Shown here: positions 59,139 to 64,000 of the stretch, piece by piece
Position numbering within the stretch: position 1 is the stretch's first letter
How the letters are laid out: each line of letters opens with the position of its first letter
Origin: Planctomycetota bacterium
Lineage (GTDB): Bacteria > Planctomycetota > PLA2 > JAEUHO01
Reading direction: 5' to 3'
DNA: 64,000 nt
Assembly: GCA_965222115.1 (NCBI GenBank)
Contig: CBDCTJ010000007.1
Coordinates: 896,001-960,000 of the forward strand
Notes under the pieces: generated by a model
What the model was told of the DNA's origin: nothing
What the model saw: the letters and a program-made list of their open reading frames with translations, nothing else
Databases searched by the model: none
Translations under genes and position numbers: made by a program

Positions 59139-59211
59139 TGGAGCTGAGGGGAATCGAACCCCTTACCTCTTCATTGCGAACGAAGCGCTCTACCAAATGA
59201 GCTACAGCCCC
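59139..59211 (-). tRNA. tRNA-Ala(CGC)
   Basis: GGGGCTGTAGCTCATTTGGTAGAGCGCTTCGTTCGCAATGAAGAGGTAAGGGGTTCGATTCCCCTCAGCTCCA; cloverleaf, G3:U70 pair, anticodon CGC, CCA not encoded. Confidence 0.96.
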
Positions 59212-59274
59212 GTGAGTGGGGGCACGAACGTATCCGCGGCCCAGTGCGGGTCAAGTCCTCTGCTATCTCAGCGG

Positions 59275-60657
59275 CTACGTCAATGCGCGTGCGCGTGCTG
59301 CGACGGACTCGAGGAAGGGGAGCGGGCGGCCAGCGAGGCATTTGAGGATGGTGCCGCCGGCGGTGAATGCGTGCGTGACGTCGCCCGGGGCGCCATAACG
59401 CTCGAGTGCAGCACGCCCTTCACCGCCACCTACGTACACGGCGATTCCGGCTTGGCAAAGAGACTTGAGCGTGCCCACAATCGCTTCGGTACCGCCCGCA
59501 AACGTACGATCCTCGAACTTGCCCATCACACCATTGTGAAACGCGACGCGGCGCTTCGTTTTGCTGGCCCAGTCATGAGCTGCTTCGTCGTAGAGCTTGC
59601 GCGTTTCGGGGCCAATGTCACACTGCCACGCATCGGGTGGGATGTCGGCTGATTCCGTGCCGTCGTCGAGCACGAAATCAACCGGTGTAAGCACACGCAC
59701 GCCGTTCTTCGAGGCGTCTTCCAAGAGTTGATGCGCGTTGTGAATCGCGGACGGCGGCACGTAGGCCTTGTGCTCACGATGTTCGGGATCACCGGCAGCG
59801 CCAATCGATATGGGTTCGTTTGCCCGTTCCCCTTGTGCTTTGCGAAGCGCCATCGCCAAGCTGCCGCCCGTAAGAATGAGCTCCGCATCGCCACGAGAAA
59901 CGATGGCGCGCAGTTGACGCAATTTGTCAAGCTTCATGCCAGAGAAGATCACCAGCCCAGCGTCGCGCGCGCGCAAAACGTGATCGGTGAGTTCACGACG
60001 CGTAAATGCGCCCAACGCGACGCGTCCCATAACAAGGGGCAGTGCGGTGCAGGAGAAATCCTTGTTGCCGGCCGCAATCGCGTCGTGCACAAGCACGTTT
60101 GCGCCTTGGCGCATCGCCGTAGCCACTCGCATGAGTTGATCGGCGGCGCCCGGGAACTCGTCTTTGGTGCAATGCCACAAGCGACGTTCGAATCCGTAGC
60201 GGCGTAAGTTCTCCATCATTAGCCACTGGCCGGGTTCGAGGCTATCCACCGCTTTGGTGGCAACACCCGTAAGGGACTGTGCGTGTTCGTCAAACCAGTC
60301 CTTCACAAACGGCCCGGCGCCGGCTTCCATTTCGCGCAGTCGCATAAACACGTACTCAAGCGTTTGCTCCGGCTTGCGACCGCGATGGCCAATCAACAAC
60401 ATGCGCCACCCGCGACTGCGACCGTAGGCGAGTGTTTCACTCAAGCTCTTGAGGCGTGGATCATCGCCAATCACGCCGTCCCTATCCGCCACATCGAGGT
60501 CGGCGCGGATCCACACGGGCGTGCCTGCGGGCAACTCACTGAGCGATTCCAGGGTGGGGGCCTCGGCTAGGCGGGCCTGCATCGACGTGGGTTCTTCGGA
60601 AAACCCAACGGTGCGTGCAAGGGCTTCGGCAAAAGTCTCGAGCTGTTCTTCCGACAT
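59275..60657 (-). CDS. pgk: Divergent phosphoglycerate kinase-family protein
   Basis: RADLDV, GHRGR, ENLR, PVDF, DIGPET, NG.MG.FE, GGGE, TAGG. Confidence 0.8.
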   Translation of the reverse strand: MSEEQLETFAEALARTVGFSEEPTSMQARLAEAPTLESLSELPAGTPVWIRADLDVADRDGVIGDDPRLKSLSETLAYGRSRGWRMLLIGHRGRKPEQTLEYVFMRLREMEAGAGPFVKDWFDEHAQSLTGVATKAVDSLEPGQWLMMENLRRYGFERRLWHCTKDEFPGAADQLMRVATAMRQGANVLVHDAIAAGNKDFSCTALPLVMGRVALGAFTRRELTDHVLRARDAGLVIFSGMKLDKLRQLRAIVSRGDAELILTGGSLAMALRKAQGERANEPISIGAAGDPEHREHKAYVPPSAIHNAHQLLEDASKNGVRVLTPVDFVLDDGTESADIPPDAWQCDIGPETRKLYDEAAHDWASKTKRRVAFHNGVMGKFEDRTFAGGTEAIVGTLKSLCQAGIAVYVGGGEGRAALERYGAPGDVTHAFTAGGTILKCLAGRPLPFLESVAARARALT

Positions 60658-60764
60658 CGGTGGGCTCCTCAACCATCCGAGGATACGGCAGAGCCGCGCC
60701 ATCGGTGGAAATCCTGCGACGGTGGCCCGCAGGCTTTGGCCGAGACGCCGCTACACTTGGGCCA

Positions 60765-61649
60765 ATGGGTAAACGCAAGCGATCCTCAAGTGCCGCGGCC
60801 GCGCCAGAGCTTGAGGGGATCATGACCCCTCATGCGGGTGATCCGGAAGAAGTCGTGGTCGAGGTGAAAGACCTCGTCGTGCGCTACGACGAGCAGGTCG
60901 TGCTCAACGGCATCGATATGACCGTCAAGCGCGGCGAAGTCATGGTCATTCTGGGGGGCAGTGGCTCGGGCAAATCCACGCTACTCAAGTGCCTACTCGG
61001 CAGCGTGAAGCCGGTCTCGGGCACCATACGCGTATTGGGCGTGGACATGATCAACGCCAGCGATGCGGCGCGCGACGAAGTGTTTCGCAACCTCGGCATG
61101 GTCTATCAGACCGGTGCGCTCTTCAGTTCCATGACCGTGTGGGAAAACGTGGCGTTGCCGCTTCAGGAACACTCCGATCTCTCGCCCAAGATCATCGATA
61201 TCGCCGTGCGCATGAAACTCGGCCTCGTGCGCCTTTCGGGCTTTGAAGATCGCTACCCCAGCCAGCTCTCGGGCGGGCAGGTGAAACGCGTGGCCTTTGC
61301 ACGCGCGATCTCAATGGATCCGCAGCTCCTATTTTGCGACGAGCCGTCGGCGGGTCTCGACCCACGCATTGGGCGCGGCATTGATGACCTCATTCGTAAC
61401 CTCAATCGCGCCTTCAACATGGGCATTGTTGTGGTTACGCACGAAATGGAGTCGGTAAAAGTCATTGCCGATCGCATCACGATGCTGGGACCGCGTCCGG
61501 GCGGCGCGCAGGTTGTATTCTCGGGCACCTACGACGAGTTGATCGAACACGAAGATCCCGTGGTGCGCGATTTTGTACGCCGCCGACCACTTCACGAGCC
61601 GCGATTGGAAGCCATGGAGGTGTTGCGGCAGTTGGTGGGGGAAGACTAA
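60765..61649 (+). CDS. MlaF/Ttg2A-type ABC ATP-binding protein
   Basis: GGSGSGKS, Q.GALFSSMTVWENVALPL, LSGGQ.KR, DEPSAGLDP. Confidence 0.9.
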   Translation: MGKRKRSSSAAAAPELEGIMTPHAGDPEEVVVEVKDLVVRYDEQVVLNGIDMTVKRGEVMVILGGSGSGKSTLLKCLLGSVKPVSGTIRVLGVDMINASDAARDEVFRNLGMVYQTGALFSSMTVWENVALPLQEHSDLSPKIIDIAVRMKLGLVRLSGFEDRYPSQLSGGQVKRVAFARAISMDPQLLFCDEPSAGLDPRIGRGIDDLIRNLNRAFNMGIVVVTHEMESVKVIADRITMLGPRPGGAQVVFSGTYDELIEHEDPVVRDFVRRRPLHEPRLEAMEVLRQLVGED

Positions 61650-63475
61650 CGCGCCGACGATTTGGATTCGAGTACCAAAGGGCGAATCTGTTTGGCGATG
61701 ACGCGCGCTGTTGCCTTCGCGATCAATGCGCCTTGATTCCAGATCTGAAAGGTATAGGTCCCCGGTGGCAGGGGTCCGATGCGCGTTCCTGGCTGCAATG
61801 GGTATGCGCGCTCCAATCGCAGGTATGGAACTTCGTTGGGCTCGCAAGGAAAGAGACTTGGAAACACACCTCCGTCTGCCATGGAAATCGAATATTCATT
61901 GCCATGCGTGCTTATCCATGGATGACGACCGGGCACAAAGATCAGTTGACCGCCTTCTACAACGGGCGCATGCACGATGTTAACGCCGTTCTCCGTTGTT
62001 CGGTTCAAGCGAGTCTCATCGATTAGATCAGCGCGAAACACCGCCCACGGCAAGGCGGCGAAGCAACACTGTTGGACATGGATGGGCCCAAAGGGAACGT
62101 CGTGGCTCTCATCAGCTTCAAACTCCTCCACGACCCGATGGCCGGCTCGGTCAATGCCAATCGCTCCAAGTTGGAATTCCCGAATCTCCCGGTCGGTAGG
62201 CGCGGCAAGGCCCGACGGCCAGACGAGGCGCAATGCCATGGGTTGCGCCCGTCGAATCAAATCCGCAATCGACGATCGCAAATCTGCGCGTTGATTGAGC
62301 GATACCGCGAGTTCGATGCGAGACGACGTACCGGCGCGAACCTGAATACGATCCGGACCATCAACGCGCCACGGTCCGTCGGCGACGACGCGCCATGGTC
62401 CCGGCGCCAGTGTTCGATCGGCAGTCCATGCACCCGATTGCGGCGGGACGATGTCGGGACAAGAGTGCTTGCCAATCAAACGGAGTGTGGGCAAGTAAGG
62501 CACAAGTTCCTTGGGAAGGTCACGATAGGTAATGGAAAAGGAAACGCCTCCGGCACGAACGATGGTAACCGACACACGATCGCCCACACGCGCCGTCGTG
62601 GAACTTGGCATTGCCGCATATAGCTCTAGATCTTTGTTCGTTTCGATCGTGGCCGAGCGCGCGCTCGAATCGTAGGACGACGAAGGACCCGTGAGTTGCA
62701 GTTTGACGTCGTATTCGAGTCCCGCCATGAGGGTTGAAATGACGCGTCGACCTGATGTGAGATCACCGTGGTGTCGTTGATGCCGGAGTTGGTCAGGGCC
62801 TGGCCAATCGGAATCGACAGTGTTGGTGAAGTAGCTAAGGTCCGCGCTCACCTTGTCGATCCCGTCGGGGACCTCGCCCGCGAGATCCAATTGGATTGAG
62901 CCAAGCTGAGGCAGTTCGATCGTCACGTCGCGCGACTCGCCCTCTTCAACGTGAATCACCTGTCCCTTACAGACAATAGAGCCCCATGTCGCGCCGACAA
63001 ACCAGGGCCCGGCGACGGGAAGCTCCAGGATCGTGGGTCCGCTTGGACGACGTTTTTTCCATACGGCGTTCCAGACGTACTCGCTCTGCGGCATGCGTAG
63101 CGCTGCAGCGGTTTGCGACACCGCATACACTTGAAGTTGCTTTGCAATCTCCACATGAGGATGGGGGGCCACATGCACTTGCACCCGCGGACGTTTCGTG
63201 GGTTCTGCGTGAGGCGTGCTCGCTTCGTCAGTTACCGAATACGGCGCGTTTCGAACGAGTGGTGCGTTGTGCGCGTCGGTTTTGGGACGCGACGCCGCGT
63301 CTTCCGGGATGCGATCGACGCCTGAAGAAAGGGTGGCTGGTTCGCCCGTCCCTTGTGGCCCGTGATGTGGCTCGGTGTCGGCTGTACGGTTGTCGAAATC
63401 GTGTGCATTCGCCAGCAAGTACCCCATGAGCACGCCGGCGGCAAACACACCCAACCATGAAAGCCACGCTTGCAT
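61646..63475 (-). CDS. Hypothetical membrane-anchored beta-rich protein
   Basis: N-terminal TM; C-terminal GPLPPG.YTF.....G similar in style to 37833-39689. Confidence 0.7.
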   Translation of the reverse strand: MQAWLSWLGVFAAGVLMGYLLANAHDFDNRTADTEPHHGPQGTGEPATLSSGVDRIPEDAASRPKTDAHNAPLVRNAPYSVTDEASTPHAEPTKRPRVQVHVAPHPHVEIAKQLQVYAVSQTAAALRMPQSEYVWNAVWKKRRPSGPTILELPVAGPWFVGATWGSIVCKGQVIHVEEGESRDVTIELPQLGSIQLDLAGEVPDGIDKVSADLSYFTNTVDSDWPGPDQLRHQRHHGDLTSGRRVISTLMAGLEYDVKLQLTGPSSSYDSSARSATIETNKDLELYAAMPSSTTARVGDRVSVTIVRAGGVSFSITYRDLPKELVPYLPTLRLIGKHSCPDIVPPQSGAWTADRTLAPGPWRVVADGPWRVDGPDRIQVRAGTSSRIELAVSLNQRADLRSSIADLIRRAQPMALRLVWPSGLAAPTDREIREFQLGAIGIDRAGHRVVEEFEADESHDVPFGPIHVQQCCFAALPWAVFRADLIDETRLNRTTENGVNIVHAPVVEGGQLIFVPGRHPWISTHGNEYSISMADGGVFPSLFPCEPNEVPYLRLERAYPLQPGTRIGPLPPGTYTFQIWNQGALIAKATARVIAKQIRPLVLESKSSAR

Positions 63476-63531
63476 GCATAGATCCTAGCAGAACGTGAAA
63501 TAGGCGATTGACTGTGTCTTTGTCGTTACGC

Positions 63532-64000
63532 TTAGCGCAGTCGCCGCTTACGGTCAAAGGCGACAATGAGCGAGCGCGTAGCCGGGTGCGAGTGGTTCTT
63601 GTGGGCGAGATAGATCGCGGCTTCGTCATCCGCGACGTCTAGCTCTTGAAGCTGCGTCAAGCTTTCAGCAGCCAGCTTGGTGATGGCCGGATCGTCGCTC
63701 GTGAGTGCGTCCCCGATAACGGCAAGCGCTTCTCTGCGTTTGGGTGTGCAGAGCAAGCCCGTTGCGGCGCAGACGCGTAGCTCGGGATCTGAGTCGTTCA
63801 GTAAGCCGAGCAACACGTGGTGCCCCGCAAGGAGTTGATCCGAGGGCCGATTGCCCACGATGGAGCGAACCAAGGCAAGGCACGTGATTCGTTCGTCTCG
63901 CGGTGTCGTGGGTGCGAGTCGCGCAGCAAGGGCAGGTAGTGCGCGATCTTGTGCCTCGTACAATGTCCAGGTAGCAAGTTGATGACGGGGGTGATCCGGC
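63532..64000 (-). CDS. HEAT-repeat protein, C-terminal part (start outside window)
   Basis: LLNDSDPELRVCAA, LTSDDPAI..LAA; frame open to window edge. Confidence 0.7.
   Translation of the reverse strand, partial: PDHPRHQLATWTLYEAQDRALPALAARLAPTTPRDERITCLALVRSIVGNRPSDQLLAGHHVLLGLLNDSDPELRVCAATGLLCTPKRREALAVIGDALTSDDPAITKLAAESLTQLQELDVADDEAAIYLAHKNHSHPATRSLIVAFDRKRRLR

Overview
GC-rich bacterial chromosome segment, probably Planctomycetota (inferred from HEAT/vWA, TPR and carboxypeptidase-regulatory-like repeat proteins and many CGGGG lipoproteins). The backbone carries housekeeping and envelope genes: Xaa-Pro aminopeptidase, M16 protease, SLC13 permease, thiolase, kbl, N-acetylornithine carbamoyltransferase, TetR-ric, several ABC components, M19 dipeptidase, CinA-like protein, tRNA-Ala(CGC) and a divergent PGK. 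The main accessory feature is a ~10.6 kb island (10008-20619) bounded by a 29-bp direct repeat that duplicates the 3' end of the thiolase gene. It holds a 5'-truncated parA and its RHH-like partner, a signal-peptide Rhs/YD gene interrupted only by two in-frame TGA codons 21 nt apart and ending in a caspase-like (HG/AC) domain, a HEAT-repeat partner, an IS66 with a duplicated right end, an inverted IS66 remnant and a hairpin cluster. Other notable items: a 52-aa lipoprotein ending in WDxxxWDxxxW (absent from the ORF track) paired with a secreted tail-fibre-like protein, a histone-H1-like/MqnD fusion with a substituted active site, and a 250-bp MITE with perfect 21-bp inverted repeats. All calls come from reading motifs by eye; no database searches were run.
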